64,000 nt of DNA from Ostreococcus lucimarinus (lineage: Eukaryota). Below, piece after piece: positions 49,651 to 61,569 of this stretch; position 1 is the stretch's first letter; each line of letters starts with the position of its first letter. The position numbers and the translations under genes are program-made. Location of the stretch: the NCBI GenBank assembly GCA_000092065.1, contig CP000601.1; one strand, written 5' to 3'. The notes beneath the pieces were generated by a model, which saw only the letters and a program-made list of their open reading frames with translations, ran no database searches and was not told where the DNA came from.

Positions 49651-52600
49651 GCGCGTGCCGTTCAGGGACGAATACGAGCGACACAGGGCGTCGCGACCGG
49701 ACGAACGCGCGCCGCGAGGGGCGAGTTGGCGCATCCATCGAGTGCGAGGATGGCGCTTCGACCTGCGCGCGCTGTACGAGGAGGTGAAAAGACGCGGTGG
49801 CGCGGACGCGATCGATGGAAATCAAGGCTGGCGCGAGGTCGCGGAGGCGATCGGGGCGCACGGACGCGGATGCGCGGCGGGACACGCGGCGAGAGCGCTG
49901 CACGGGGCGTGGCTGGAGGCGTTCGCGCGCGACGCCAAGCGAAGAGAAGACGCGGTGAAGAGCGCGCAGTTCGACGCGGTGAAGGGAGAGATCGAACAAG
50001 ATGACGCGCTGGCGATCGATGCGCTGTGTGGGCTCGAATTTGGGGCGTCGGGCGCGCCCGAACGGCGAGTCAAGGTGGAAAATGTGCGTAATTCGTGCCA
50101 TATCTTCTTCGCGCGGGACCGGGATGACGGCGAATCGCACGCGTTCGCGGCGCGTGCGACGCGCGCGCGCGATGATGGGCGTCGCGATGACGTGCGACTG
50201 ACTTTTACGGCGCGTGTTTTCGCGACGCAGGGCCTCGATCTCGTCGCCTCGCAGCTCGCGGACGCGCCCGAGGGCGACGCCGACTGCGACGTGTGCGGCG
50301 CGAGCGGGAACGAAGACGCGATGATCCTGTGCGATGGGTGCGATCGAGGGTGCGTATACGACAATGCCACGCGAGAACGCGCGCGTGAAAATTATCTCGA
50401 TCGTTCGGACGCGCGTTCGGGGAGAGAGAGCGCTCGCGCGGCGCGCGAGGGCGCGGCGAACGCGCGCGTGGGCGACGGTTAGACGTGGGGTTTAGAGGCG
50501 CGCGGGGGAGAAGGAGCCGCGAAGGAGCGACGAGACTGACGAATGATGCGCGCGTAGGTCACATATGTACTGCTTAACGCCGAAGATGACTGAAGTGCCG
50601 AGTGGAGAGTGGTTTTGTGGACGATGCGAAGAGATTGACGCGGAGGTGGAGCGATTGAGCGCGGATGAAGGGACGCAGTTTACGCTCGGCGATTTCAACG
50701 AGGCGTGCATAGAATTTGATACGGCGTTCTTTGGCGAGGACGCCAAGCGAACTGGGATCGATATGCAGGTGATTGAGGAGTGTTTCTGGCGAATGGTTGA
50801 AGATGCGAGCTCGGTGGATGATGTTTGCGAGGTCAAATGCGGCACGGCGATTGACACGACAAAGTACGGAAGCGGGTTCCCGAGACACGGCGAAGCGCTT
50901 CAGGTAAAGATTGACGGCGTGAGCCCGGAATCTATCAAGCGCTGGTCAGAGTCGAAATGGAATCTCAACAACGTCGCGCGCGCGAGTGGGGAAAAGTCGT
51001 CGCTACTGGGCGCGTTGAAGGATGACGTGGCGGGCGTGACGACGCCATTCTTAGAAGTCGGAAGCACGTTTAGTTCCACGACTTGGCGTCGAGAAGAGCA
51101 TAACATGTACAGTATCACTTACAATCACTGGGGTGCCGCGAAACTGTGGTACTGCGTGCCGGCGAGTGCAGCGGACAAGTTGGAAGAATGCTTCCAGAAG
51201 GTGATGCCCGACGTCTACGAGGCGCACGTCAACGATTTGGGAAGCGTCTTTACGATGCTCTCGCCGAGCTTCTTGATGAGCGCGGGAGTGCCCGTGCACA
51301 CGTTGGAGCAATTCCCAGGAGAATACGTGGTGACGTATCCCGGGGCGTACTACGCGTCGTTCAACTGTGGATTGAACTGCACGGAGAGCGTCAACTTTGT
51401 GCCCGCTGACTGGCTCCCAGAGGGCTCGGCGAGCGTGGAGAGAAACCGATCGTACGCCAAGCGTTCATTGTTTAGTCACGACGAGTTGGTTTGCAGAGTA
51501 GCAAACAATCCTAGTTCGAGCATAGCGCCGCACTTGTGGCCCGAGATTGCGCGCTTGTACGCTGAAGAGGCAAACGGTCGCGCCGAGCTTTTCGCGTCTG
51601 GCGTGACGCGCAGCGCGCAAATGACGTCAGCAGACGACGACGACGACGACGATGGCTGCGAAAAGCCTCGTAAAGTACGATCTAGGTTTGACGATGCATC
51701 GAACTCTGGATCCGATGAGTGCGTTGTTTGTCGACACATTTTGTACTCGTCTGGCGTCGGGTGCTCGTGCGACGAGACGCGCAAGGCGTGCTTGCGACAC
51801 GTCAACGACTTGTGCAAATGTGCGATGTCGAAGAAGACGATGTTTTACAGAGAAACAGTGGCTGATTTAGAAAGTCTGGTGAAGAAGACGGAGAAGGCGC
51901 TTTCTCAGAAGGAACTAGCCAGCTTAAAATCCAAGCACAGCGACTTGGACTCAGTCACAGTGAACAAGAATCTCGTCAAGAAGGCTCAGGCTTGGGTGAA
52001 ACGAGTGGGCGAAGAGCTCGTCAAACCACCTTTGCCGCCGCTGGACAAGATGAGAAATTTACTCGCTGCGGGTGAAGAGTTTATTTGGGGTGGTGCTGAT
52101 ATGAAGGCGGCTCGAGAAGCGTACACTCGCGTGACGAACGCCGTCGCGTGGCAGACGAGTCTTGTGGCGCTGAAGCAAAGGCTTGGATCCAGTGCTGGTG
52201 CCGAGGCCGCGCACGATGACGCTGGTGAAGCGCGATTGAGATTGAACAGACTAAAAGAGCTCCTTGACAACCCACCGGTACCGATGCCTAAGGCTGATAC
52301 TCAACCTTTCCGCGATTTGCTCGCGGCGGGCTTGAAATTGGAGGAACGCATCAAGGCGGCTCTCGCCGAGGTACCGAATCCATCTCCTCGCGCTTGTACG
52401 ACGCTTCAAACTGAAGCGAATAAGTTTGGTGTGGAAGTCCCTTCATATAAAAAGCTGAAGGACGTCATCGTTAGAGCAGGCGCGTGGTCCACGAAGGTGC
52501 GCGGCGCGCTTCCAGGACGACGACAACTCCCGCCGCGCGAGGAACTAGCGAATGCTCGAGAGATCGAGGCGTTATACGAAGAGGCGCATGGATTACCCGT

Positions 52601-55600
52601 TCAGCAGAGCGAACTCTTGACTTTGCGCAAATCTTTAGAAGAGTTGAATTTTTGGCGCGCAAAGTCTGAGTCGCTGTTCGTCGCCAAGGTTGACGTGGAA
52701 GAAGCCGAGGCGCTTCTCAAGGAGGGCATGGCGTTGTCAACAAAACTCGACGAGGTCGACAGACTAGCCGATCAAATCAAAGCTGTCAAAGTGTGGGCCG
52801 ATCATGCTCGAGCGAGTGATTATCCGGGAGCAAGAGTGACGGATTTGCACATGCTTCTCGTCGAGGGTGAAAAGTTTAGCGTGCGAGTGGACGAAGTCGA
52901 GTGGTTGCGAAACCGTATCGTCGTCCGGGAGCTGGCAGAGAAATTGAAGGACATGGTTTCATCGAAGAAATATCCGCTCGCCGAAGTCGAAGCGGCCGTG
53001 CGGGCGGGTAACGAGTTCCTCGACTCCGAAGATAAAGAGGTTGCCCCAGATGAAGAAGCGCTGCTGGCGCAGTGCGAGAGCCACATCAACGCGGCGAAGA
53101 AGTGGAACGAGCGCGCGGCGGTGATGCTCAAATCTCTCGATAGTAAGGACCGACCGTCACTCGAAGACGCCGCGTCGCTCATCCGCGAAGGAAGCTCGAT
53201 TCCAATCTTTCTGAATGGATTCGACGTGCTTTCAGAAGCGGTCAATGTAGCCAAGTCTTGGTTGGATCGTGCACAACCTTGTTTGAAGGGAAAGCAGCTC
53301 ACTCGTCGCGGTGTGTCAAATCCGATTCCGCCGCTTTCCGAGGCGCAAGAGCTCATGAAAGAGTCTTCGAACTTGAAATTGTTTGTCAAGGAAGTTGAAG
53401 CTTTGGAAGAACGCGTCGAAGCCGCAGAAGAGTGGGACGTGGACGCGAAGGACGCCATCGAGCGCTGGCGAGAAGACGGCGCCGAGGTGACGTTGACCGA
53501 GCTTGAACTTTCGCACGAAGACTTTGGATTAGAATTACCAGCCATGGAGACAGTTCGCATTCGTTTAAAGTCGCTCAAGTGGGAAGAACGCGTCGCTAAG
53601 ATCATTGCACCCAAGGCGAAGCTCGTCGAGGACACCGTTTTGGACGAGCTCAGGGAAGAAATCGACGTGCTTCAAGACTTGAAAGAGGATCTTGTCGCTG
53701 AAATCATGAAACGGTACACGATTGTGGACGAATGGCGCAAGAAAGCGGATCGTTTGCTCGATCCTCCTCTCCTTGAAGACGGTCGATTGGCTCCGAGTGC
53801 ATCACCGGAGGAAATAGACGCCCTCATCGCCGAAGGCAAGGCACTTCCCGCTGACGTCTCGAAGGTAGAAGACCTCGAGGCGTCGTTGGCGGATCACGCA
53901 CAGTGGGTCGACACCGTTCGTAAGTGCTTGAACAGTGTCGCTGAAGGTCGATCTCGCCCTTCGATTGACGAATTATACGATCTTCTAGCGGAGGTGGAAG
54001 ATTTGACCTTCAAGTGCTCAGAGAGACAAGCGCTCACAAATGCGTGCAACGCCGCCACGGCGTGGACGGAGAGGCTCAACGCGTTGCTCTGGGCAAACGA
54101 TCAGGGTGAAGTCAAACAAGAAAAAACGCTTATCGAAATGTTGAGCAATGTTCTTGATTCCATCAAAGCTGGTGTGGAAGACATCACCGGGACTGGCGAA
54201 CCGCCGGAGACGGAGGAGGGTTAGTTCTGCCTTTGTCGACAAGCTGGAGGAATTCAAATGGTTGGATGTGATGATTGCGGTGACTGGTATCACTTAAAAT
54301 GTATCAATGTGACGCCTACTATGGCAAAGACGATGCACAATTACATCTGTCCGCCATGCATCGCGAAGAGTGGCAAGGCGAGCGCACTCTCGTTGGATAC
54401 GTATCGCTCGGTGCATCGCACCAATCGCCCAAACGTCATGCTTTTGCGAGAACTCCTCGGTGAAGCGCAGCGATTTCCTGGAGAAGTGCCAGAAGAAGCC
54501 GTGTTGAATCAAGTCATCAATACTCACGACGCGTGGCGATTGGAAGTACGAAAGACTTTGCATAGAAAGAGTATGAAGGAAGCACACGACAACGCCATCA
54601 GTCAAGCTTCGAAGATTGCCCAAGAAGCAGCGATGAGAGAATCTGAGGAACGCACACGACGAATCGCCGAAGCGTCGCTCGCGGCGACTGCAGAGAACCC
54701 CAATCCTCCAGCTTCTCTCACGCCATTACAGCAAGTCATGCTGATGGGTCAAGCTGTCACGTTCGCCGCAACGCAGCGCACGCACGCGTTGAACATTTCG
54801 CCGTGTTCGCAGGAGATTTCAGATGTCGTCACAAAGCAGCTCGGGCAACTTCAACAGCTCGCCATGCAACTCGCGATGTGCCAAGCTCAAATTCACATGG
54901 CTCCAGTTCGGTCTAGGCCCCACATCCTCCACGTCTTGATGATGCAGCAACAGCATCTAAAGATGACAAACGAGCACGAGGAAGAGCTGGCAAATGTTGG
55001 CGCTAGCAACTGGCTCATGGAAGCGACTCTGCAACTATCTGGAATGTCTGGCATGATGCCGCCGCCGACGGCGCAAGACACCGGCAAAGAACCTTCAACA
55101 TCCACGGGTCATGGTAGTCCAAGCGATATGTCTGCTCAGTTGAAGACGAACGAACCGATGATGGTTCCGCAGCAGTTCATGTTGCAACCGGCCATGCCAT
55201 CGCTTGTCGGCGACGCGTCTGGAATGCCCAAGCAAGAGATGGATTACACGTATGACATTCCTCGAAAAGATAATGTCGATCCAGCGCTGCAAGTGTACGC
55301 GGGCATGAAGGGTGCTCTGGCGATGGAGCTGGAACCTGTTGAGGAGACGCTCGCGTTGATGCGCGAAGTGTGCGGTCCGGCGTGGAGAGAACAAGCCACG
55401 CGGCTCATGACTGGTGCGCCGTTCCCGAGGTTGATCAAGCTTCACGAGCTCAAGGAATCTGCCATGGCTGCTGGTCTTTGCCCTGGTGCCGGCATTGATC
55501 CTTTGGCCGATCGCGCGCACGCGTTGGAGGTTGCTGGACAAATCTGGCTCGAACGCGCCGCCGCCGTCGTGCAAGACAAAACGATTCCTATCGAGGCGGC

Positions 55601-56087
55601 GCAGTTGCTGCTTCAAGAGGGTCGATCTTTGCCTTTATACTTGAAGGAGGAGCTCGAGGAGTTGGGAGAGCGATGCGAACTGTATTGCGTTTGCCGAAGC
55701 GCGTACGACGCTCTCAGGCCGATGATTTGCTGCGATCGATGCGATGGTTGGTTTCATTACGAGTGCATCGGCATGCAGTCGCCGGCGCCGGGCGAGGAAG
55801 ACGAAAACGCCGAAAACGTCAAGTTTGCCTGCCCAGAGTGCTGCGCGGCGCAAGGTATTCCGTACGTTCCGTTCCGTCCAGCGCCGAAGGACACGGACAA
55901 AGCGCCGGAGCGAGCCGCGCCTCCGCCGGCTGAAGAAGCTCCGGAGCCGCCAAAGACGGAAGAAGAAGCGAAGCCGCCCGCTAAACCAGAACCGGAAGTC
56001 GCGGACAACAAGAAGAAACGAAAAACGGTGGAGCCGACTCCGCCTGCTAATAAAAGTACCTCTAGTCGCAGCAGAAGACGAAAGTAG
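49651..56087 (+). CDS. KDM5/JARID1-like JmjC lysine demethylase (ARID-PHD-JmjC-C5HC2-PLU1-PHD-PHD); segments 49651..50349, 50558..54221 and 54225..56087 with one intron and one unresolved in-frame TAG
   Basis: ARID (FDLRALYEEVKRRGG...AARALHGAWLEAF). PHD1 is split by an intron (CDVCGASGNEDAMILCDGCDRG | SHMYCLTPKMTEVPSGEWFCGRC). JmjC core (HTTWRREEHNMYSITYNHWGAAKLWY...EQFPGEYVVTYPGAYYASFNCGLNCTESVNF). C5HC2 zinc finger (CVVCRHILYSSGVGCSCDE). Two C-terminal PHD fingers. TAG 54222-54224 lies in frame between the PLU1 region and PHD2. Confidence 0.7.
50350..50557 (+). other. spliceosomal intron (208 nt) splitting the first PHD finger of the KDM5-like gene
   Basis: GTGCGT donor right after ...CDGCDRG. 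ACTGACG at 50535-50541. GCGCGTAG acceptor. Splicing reconstitutes a perfect C4HC3 PHD finger. Confidence 0.8.
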
Positions 56088-56135
56088 TTCTCTAGATTTA
56101 CAACATTTGACACAATAAACAACAACTTCAATAAT

Positions 56136-57362
56136 TCAACCGTCCAGGTGCTCGTCCCATCCCAGGTCTCGTTTCGGCTTGCGCCTACCGACCAACTTGG
56201 CCGCGTCCAGTTCGGTCAACAATTCAATTTCGTCGAGTGTTTCCTCGCTCACATCGATGTCGTCCGTCACCGCGAGCTTTTGACCCTTTCTATGACGCTC
56301 GACGAGTTCTTCGAGATATCCTTGCTTTGCGTAGTTCGGTATCAACCTAGACATGTACACGCCGCGCAAAATACGTTTTTCTTCCTCAGTCAAATCGCCG
56401 TGAAACCCTCGGCGGTTGATCCGGTCCGTCACGGCGTGCGACATCACGAGCGCGGCGGCGACGGAAATGTTCAAAGACTCGGTGAAGCCAAACATCGGAA
56501 TGTACACGGCGCCATCCCGCAGCGCTCGCGCCTCGTCCGAAACCCCCTCGCGCTCGTTCCCAAACACCACCGCCGTGGGCACGGTCCAATCGTAATGCGA
56601 CAGCGGCTGCGCGCCGTCAAACTCAGTCGTAAGAACGCGGTATCCTTTCGCCTTCGCGACTCTGAGCGCGCGTTCCGACGTCTCAAACTGCTCCACGTGT
56701 TGCCACTTCAGCGCCCCTCCCGACGTCCTCCCGCTCGCCTTGAACGACAGCCCCTTCGAGCTCACGATCGACGCGCACCCGATCCCCAGCGCCTCCGTCG
56801 TCCGACACACCGCCAAGATATTGCCGACGTCGTAGACGCCCTCTAGAATCGGCAGCAACGAAAAACTTCTATGCTCCAAAACGTTTTCCAGCCGCATGCG
56901 TCGCTCTTCCCCGACCATCGCCGTCGCGAGCGCCACCATCGTCTCCGTCTCGCACGTCGCCCTCGCGAACGCGAATCCATCGCCGTACGGGAATCTTTCC
57001 CTCTCGTCCTCGTTCGCGCGCGTCCCCAAATCTTCCCGCCGCGCCCGCACCAGCCCGTGAAACTCCAGCGCGTCCGGCGCCCACGCGCGCTGCCTTCGGT
57101 GCGCCTTCGCGCTCTTCGTCGCCACCGCGCCCGTGCGCGCCACCGCGCGCGTCGGTCGCGGCGTCGTGCGCTTCACGACGACGTCGTGCGGGCCGGCGTG
57201 CGCGCGCGACCCCGGTTCCGACACCGATTCCGATTCCGCCGCGTCGTCGTCGCGCGCGCGTCGCGTCGCCGGTCGAGCGACGCGCGCGGCGCGCTCGCGA
57301 GCGTCGCGTCGATTCGCGTCGATTCGCGATCCCGCGCCCGCGATCGCGCGCGTCGACGCCAT
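56136..57362 (-). CDS. SpoU/TrmH-family RNA 2'-O-methyltransferase
   Basis: SpoU blocks VLEHRSFSLLPILEGVYDVGNILAVCRTTEALGI, AVVFGNEREGVSDEA and YIPMFGFTESLNISVAAALVMSH. The N-terminal Arg-rich part of the ORF is likely non-coding or a presequence. Confidence 0.65.
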   Translation of the reverse strand: MASTRAIAGAGSRIDANRRDARERAARVARPATRRARDDDAAESESVSEPGSRAHAGPHDVVVKRTTPRPTRAVARTGAVATKSAKAHRRQRAWAPDALEFHGLVRARREDLGTRANEDERERFPYGDGFAFARATCETETMVALATAMVGEERRMRLENVLEHRSFSLLPILEGVYDVGNILAVCRTTEALGIGCASIVSSKGLSFKASGRTSGGALKWQHVEQFETSERALRVAKAKGYRVLTTEFDGAQPLSHYDWTVPTAVVFGNEREGVSDEARALRDGAVYIPMFGFTESLNISVAAALVMSHAVTDRINRRGFHGDLTEEEKRILRGVYMSRLIPNYAKQGYLEELVERHRKGQKLAVTDDIDVSEETLDEIELLTELDAAKLVGRRKPKRDLGWDEHLDG

Positions 57363-57520
57363 TCGAATCGCCGCGCGACGCGAAGTGTCGACATCGCGTC
57401 GCGCGGCGATTCGAATCGCGTCGCGCTCGAACGGCGTCGCGTCCTCGCGACGCGCGCGCGATGACGCGCGAACGTCGCGCGCGCGCCGCGCGGTCGCGGG
57501 GCGCGCGCGCGCGCGAGACG

Positions 57521-59032
57521 ATGGCGGCGGTGACGCTCGGGACGTTTTTGGTGTTGGGACGCGCGGGCGCGTTTCGCGGCGCGAGCGCGCGGCGCGCGCC
57601 GCTACAGGCGATGGACGCGGGCGCGGGAAGCGCGGGAGGGACGGCGTCGCGGCCGGCGCGGCGATGGATGACGCACCTGCTGCGCGATCACCCGGAGATG
57701 CGATGCACGCAGATTCCGAGCAAGCCGGTGATCGTCGGCGGCGACGGCGGCGGCGCGGGAAAGCCGCTGATGGAATTCCTGAGGGATTCGAACGCGGTGA
57801 CGTTCGGACCGACGGATAAGGATGGGAACAGCGACGCGGAGCGGTTGAGCGGGTTGGATGACATGGTGGTGGACGTCATGGCGTTTTCGAAGCGGTTGCT
57901 GTACGAACCGGATGATTTGCCGATGGATTTGCAAGCGGATTTAGCGAAACATTTGTGCGATATGTTTGCGAGACAGGAGAAGTGGTTGCACCCGGGATTG
58001 ACGATGAATGGGATACAACACGATCAAGAGGTCGGGCGGTGGGGATGGAAGGATCCGTTGGCGATGTATTTGGTGCCGATTTGGAGAGACGTGTACGGGC
58101 CGTCGGTGACGTACGTGCACTTGGTGCGGGATCCGCGGACGCTGCCGCTCGGGAATTTGCACGACAAGGAGCGGGATTTACAAAAGGCGTACTTTGGTCA
58201 AGAGCGATGGGAGCAGTTGACGGCAAAATTTGAATCCGAGTGGGCGCATCTCTCCCAGCACCAGTCGATGACGAGCGTGAAGAAGGACGACGTGATTGAT
58301 TTATTGCGCACGACGGCGTACTGGACGTCCATCAACTTTGAGCTCGGGGCGCTCATCAAGGGCCCGCTCAAGAACTACGCCACGGTGCTCCGGGCGGAGG
58401 ATTTGGTGCAACCGGACATGGATCACTTCCGACGCGACGCCACCGGGAAAAAACCGGAAAAGTACCAAGCCGCGCAAAAAGTCATGCAAGAGCTCACGAC
58501 GCTCCTCAAGCTCCCGGCGAAACTTTCCAACACGCTGGGAAGCCACGAACACATGAAGCAAAACCTCCGACGGTTCACGATCCACCGCGAAAAGTTCGTC
58601 TACCGCACCGACTCCCCCATCATCGAAGTCCAAACCCGCATCGCCGAGAAGACGTTGGAACTCTTCGGCTACTCCGCCGACGCCGCGCTCTTCGTCTCGC
58701 GGCACCCGTCGTCGAGCGAGCCCCACGGCCATCGTCTCACCCCCGAGGGCGAGTACATGCACGAGGAGCACAGGTATACTCCCGACGATTTCGAGCCCAC
58801 GATCGAACCCGCGTCGGAGGGCGATCTTCCCGGCATCACCAACCACGTCCTCGGCGCTCAGCTCAAGTACACCGACCGCGTCGAGCTCGAGCGCGCCAAG
58901 ACGCGCGCGCCCGACACGGAGCAATCTCGCGCCGTCGAGGCCCAGCTCATGGAGGCTAAGAAGAAGACCTTTTTGCTCGAAACCACCAAAATCGACGGCA
59001 AGTCTCTCAAGGACGTCATCGACCATCTGTGA
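57521..59032 (+). CDS. hypothetical secreted/membrane protein, sulfotransferase-like fold suspected
   Basis: Signal-peptide-like MAAVTLGTFLVLGRAGA. Long protein-like ORF with WGWKDPLAMYLVPIW and HLVRDPR reminiscent of P-loop sulfotransferase 5'-PSB/3'-PB regions. Assignment is weak. Confidence 0.35.
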   Translation: MAAVTLGTFLVLGRAGAFRGASARRAPLQAMDAGAGSAGGTASRPARRWMTHLLRDHPEMRCTQIPSKPVIVGGDGGGAGKPLMEFLRDSNAVTFGPTDKDGNSDAERLSGLDDMVVDVMAFSKRLLYEPDDLPMDLQADLAKHLCDMFARQEKWLHPGLTMNGIQHDQEVGRWGWKDPLAMYLVPIWRDVYGPSVTYVHLVRDPRTLPLGNLHDKERDLQKAYFGQERWEQLTAKFESEWAHLSQHQSMTSVKKDDVIDLLRTTAYWTSINFELGALIKGPLKNYATVLRAEDLVQPDMDHFRRDATGKKPEKYQAAQKVMQELTTLLKLPAKLSNTLGSHEHMKQNLRRFTIHREKFVYRTDSPIIEVQTRIAEKTLELFGYSADAALFVSRHPSSSEPHGHRLTPEGEYMHEEHRYTPDDFEPTIEPASEGDLPGITNHVLGAQLKYTDRVELERAKTRAPDTEQSRAVEAQLMEAKKKTFLLETTKIDGKSLKDVIDHL

Positions 59033-59135
59033 GGTGTAATTAAAACCAAACGCGCCTCGCGCGTCCCGCCGCGTCGCGAACGACCGTTCAAACCCGCGCG
59101 CTGGATGTGCGTCACATCGCGCCCGGTCGTCCGTC

Positions 59136-61355
59136 ATGGACGCCCCCGAGCTCGCGATCGCGCTGGACGAGCTCGCCATCTTACCTCCCGCGTCGCTCGC
59201 GCACGTTCCCACCCTGCGCGCCGCGCACGCCGCGCTCCGGTCGTCCCAGTGTCCCGGCGTCGCCGCCGCGCCCGCGCGCGACGTCGCCGACGCGCCCGAA
59301 CAGCTCGACGTCGACCGCCTCCACGACGTCTTCGACGCGTGCGCGCGCGCGGGGTGCGCGTCGGTGATCGCGCACTACGTCGACGAAGTGTGCCTGAGCG
59401 ACGATGGAAGGTTCTCGAGCGACGACGGCGCGGAGGCGTACGCGCGGGACGGGGCGTGCGCGAGCGCGTGGGCGCGAAGAGCGACGAGACGAGCGAGCGA
59501 AAGAGTGCACGCGAGCGCGGGAAGACCGCGAGAGGCGAGAGTGGCGGCGGTGGAGGACGCGATGCGAACGCTGGAGGCGGCGCGAAGGACGGTGGAGGCG
59601 CTGGGAGGATGGAGAGAGGACGGGGACGAGGCGAACGCGGAGCGAGAGGCGCTGCGAGCGACGGCGGATGAAGTGGTGACGAGACAGCTGCAGGCGGAGG
59701 CGCTGCTGTGGGCGGCGAGAGAGGGATTGAGTGATGCGGTGGGGGCGCGATACGGTGGACCGGCGGCGTGGGCGGGGGCGGTGCAACGGCGAAGGAGCGC
59801 GGCGGCGAACGGGGACGCGCGATTCGGAGGCGCAAACGCGACGACGTTTTTAGATGATTTACTCGCGGGGGTGGGCGAGCATCAGCCAGCGTATCCGTTC
59901 AAGACGGTGACGGATGCGGCGAAGTGCGTGTTCGTGGACGGGAGCGCGTCGCCGGCGGCGCTCGTGGCGAAGAAGTGTTTGTTTCTGTACTTTTTGCTCG
60001 ATTCCGGCTTGCCGCACGACGGGTCGCCGATGGAGTACGCGCGACAAGCGCGTATTCATCCGAGGTTGTTTCAAGAAACGCGCGCAGCGGTATTGCTCGA
60101 TGACTCAGAGAACGAGGCGTCGCTCGACGAGGCGTGCGCGCTCTTACCTCGCGTCGCGCATCCGTTGTTGCCGGTGAAGTTTATCGCGAGTTTAGCTCGA
60201 CGCGGTCGCGCGACGACGGCGTTAATGGTGGCGCGCGCGCGCGCGCCTTCGTCCTCGGACACCGAGGCCATAGGTTTAGATGTTTCAATCCGTCTCGCGT
60301 GCGGTCTCATCGCCGAGGCGTTTATCGCCGTCAGAGACGCGTTCAAGACGTTTCCCGAATTGCGCGGCGATTCAAAATCAGGCGCATACCTCGTGAGTCT
60401 GTTGTTAGATCACGGCGTCGAGAAGCTTTGCCTGGACAAGGTCCTCGAGCTTCCGTTTTACGGCGAGATGGAGAAGTTACTGCTCGACCTCTTGTGGGCG
60501 CGACGCTCGGAAGTTCCCGTGGAGACTGGAATTTTGTACTTGCTCAACCGAGGACGCGCGCTCGAGGCGTCCGAGTTGTTCTCCAAAGCCAGAAGTGAAG
60601 GGCGTTTAGAAGACGAGCACGCCGCGAAACTCGTGAAGCGAATGCAGGAGAGTTTGTCACGCTTGCCGGTGCCGCAAAAAGTACTCGTGGCGGAAGCCGC
60701 GAGGCAAAGAGGCGACGACGACGCCTTGTTGGCTCGCTCGCTCGTCGTGCGGGACGCATCGGAGGACGCTTTGGCCACCACCGCGAGCGCACTGTTGATC
60801 GATGAAGTCAAGGAATTCGAGGCCGTGTTGAAGAGCGAAGACGCCGCCGTCGGCATCTTGCCGTTTCTCAAACCACCCATCGAACTTGCGCGCGAGCGGC
60901 GAGAGCCGTCGATCGACAGCGCGACGGCGGCGTTGGCCACGACGATGTTGGTAAGCCCGGGCAAACCTTTGACGTTCGTTCGACCGCACGACGCGAAGGC
61001 CGATCGTCGCAGCGCGCTCGAACGCGGTCCGTCGTCCTCACCCGCTGGCATCAAATCTCTGATGACTCCGTCGGGCGCGCGAACTTCGAGCTACACGGTT
61101 CCCGAACCGACCATGTACGCCTCACCGTTCGGTGCGCGTCGTCGACCATCACTGGACGAGCCCACCGTCGCACCGCCGCCGAAGGATCACACCGCGTCTT
61201 TGCTGTTCGGCGCGCGTCCGACGCCGCTTCCCGGCGGAGACTTCCCATCCTTCCTCTCGCCCGCGCCCAAGCGCGCCGCGCGTGCATCGACGCGCGACGA
61301 ACGCGGCGATCCCTCCGACTCTCCTCGGCGTCGAAGCTCACGACTCGCGAAATAA
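59136..61355 (+). CDS. hypothetical protein (739 aa), helical-repeat-like
   Basis: Long ORF with host codon bias. Protein-like segments (KCLFLYFLLDSGLPHDGSPMEYARQARIHPRLFQ ... LVSLLLDHGVEKLCLDKVLELPFYGEMEKLLLDLLW). Ser/Pro-rich C-terminus. No family recognised. Confidence 0.45.
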   Translation: MDAPELAIALDELAILPPASLAHVPTLRAAHAALRSSQCPGVAAAPARDVADAPEQLDVDRLHDVFDACARAGCASVIAHYVDEVCLSDDGRFSSDDGAEAYARDGACASAWARRATRRASERVHASAGRPREARVAAVEDAMRTLEAARRTVEALGGWREDGDEANAEREALRATADEVVTRQLQAEALLWAAREGLSDAVGARYGGPAAWAGAVQRRRSAAANGDARFGGANATTFLDDLLAGVGEHQPAYPFKTVTDAAKCVFVDGSASPAALVAKKCLFLYFLLDSGLPHDGSPMEYARQARIHPRLFQETRAAVLLDDSENEASLDEACALLPRVAHPLLPVKFIASLARRGRATTALMVARARAPSSSDTEAIGLDVSIRLACGLIAEAFIAVRDAFKTFPELRGDSKSGAYLVSLLLDHGVEKLCLDKVLELPFYGEMEKLLLDLLWARRSEVPVETGILYLLNRGRALEASELFSKARSEGRLEDEHAAKLVKRMQESLSRLPVPQKVLVAEAARQRGDDDALLARSLVVRDASEDALATTASALLIDEVKEFEAVLKSEDAAVGILPFLKPPIELARERREPSIDSATAALATTMLVSPGKPLTFVRPHDAKADRRSALERGPSSSPAGIKSLMTPSGARTSSYTVPEPTMYASPFGARRRPSLDEPTVAPPPKDHTASLLFGARPTPLPGGDFPSFLSPAPKRAARASTRDERGDPSDSPRRRSSRLAK

Positions 61356-61569
61356 CGATCGATCGACTGTATTTGAAACGTTTCCATTCGACGCGCGCGT
61401 TCCCGCCCGACCGCGCGAACCGCCCGACCGACGCGCGAACCGTCGCGGTTCCGTCTCGCGCTCTGGGCAACGGTCAGTGCGCGGGACATCGCCAGACGCC
61501 GACGCGCGCGCGGCGCGTCCGCGACGCGGCTCGCGTCGAACGAAAGAAAGCGCATCGTGGCGTCGTCAC

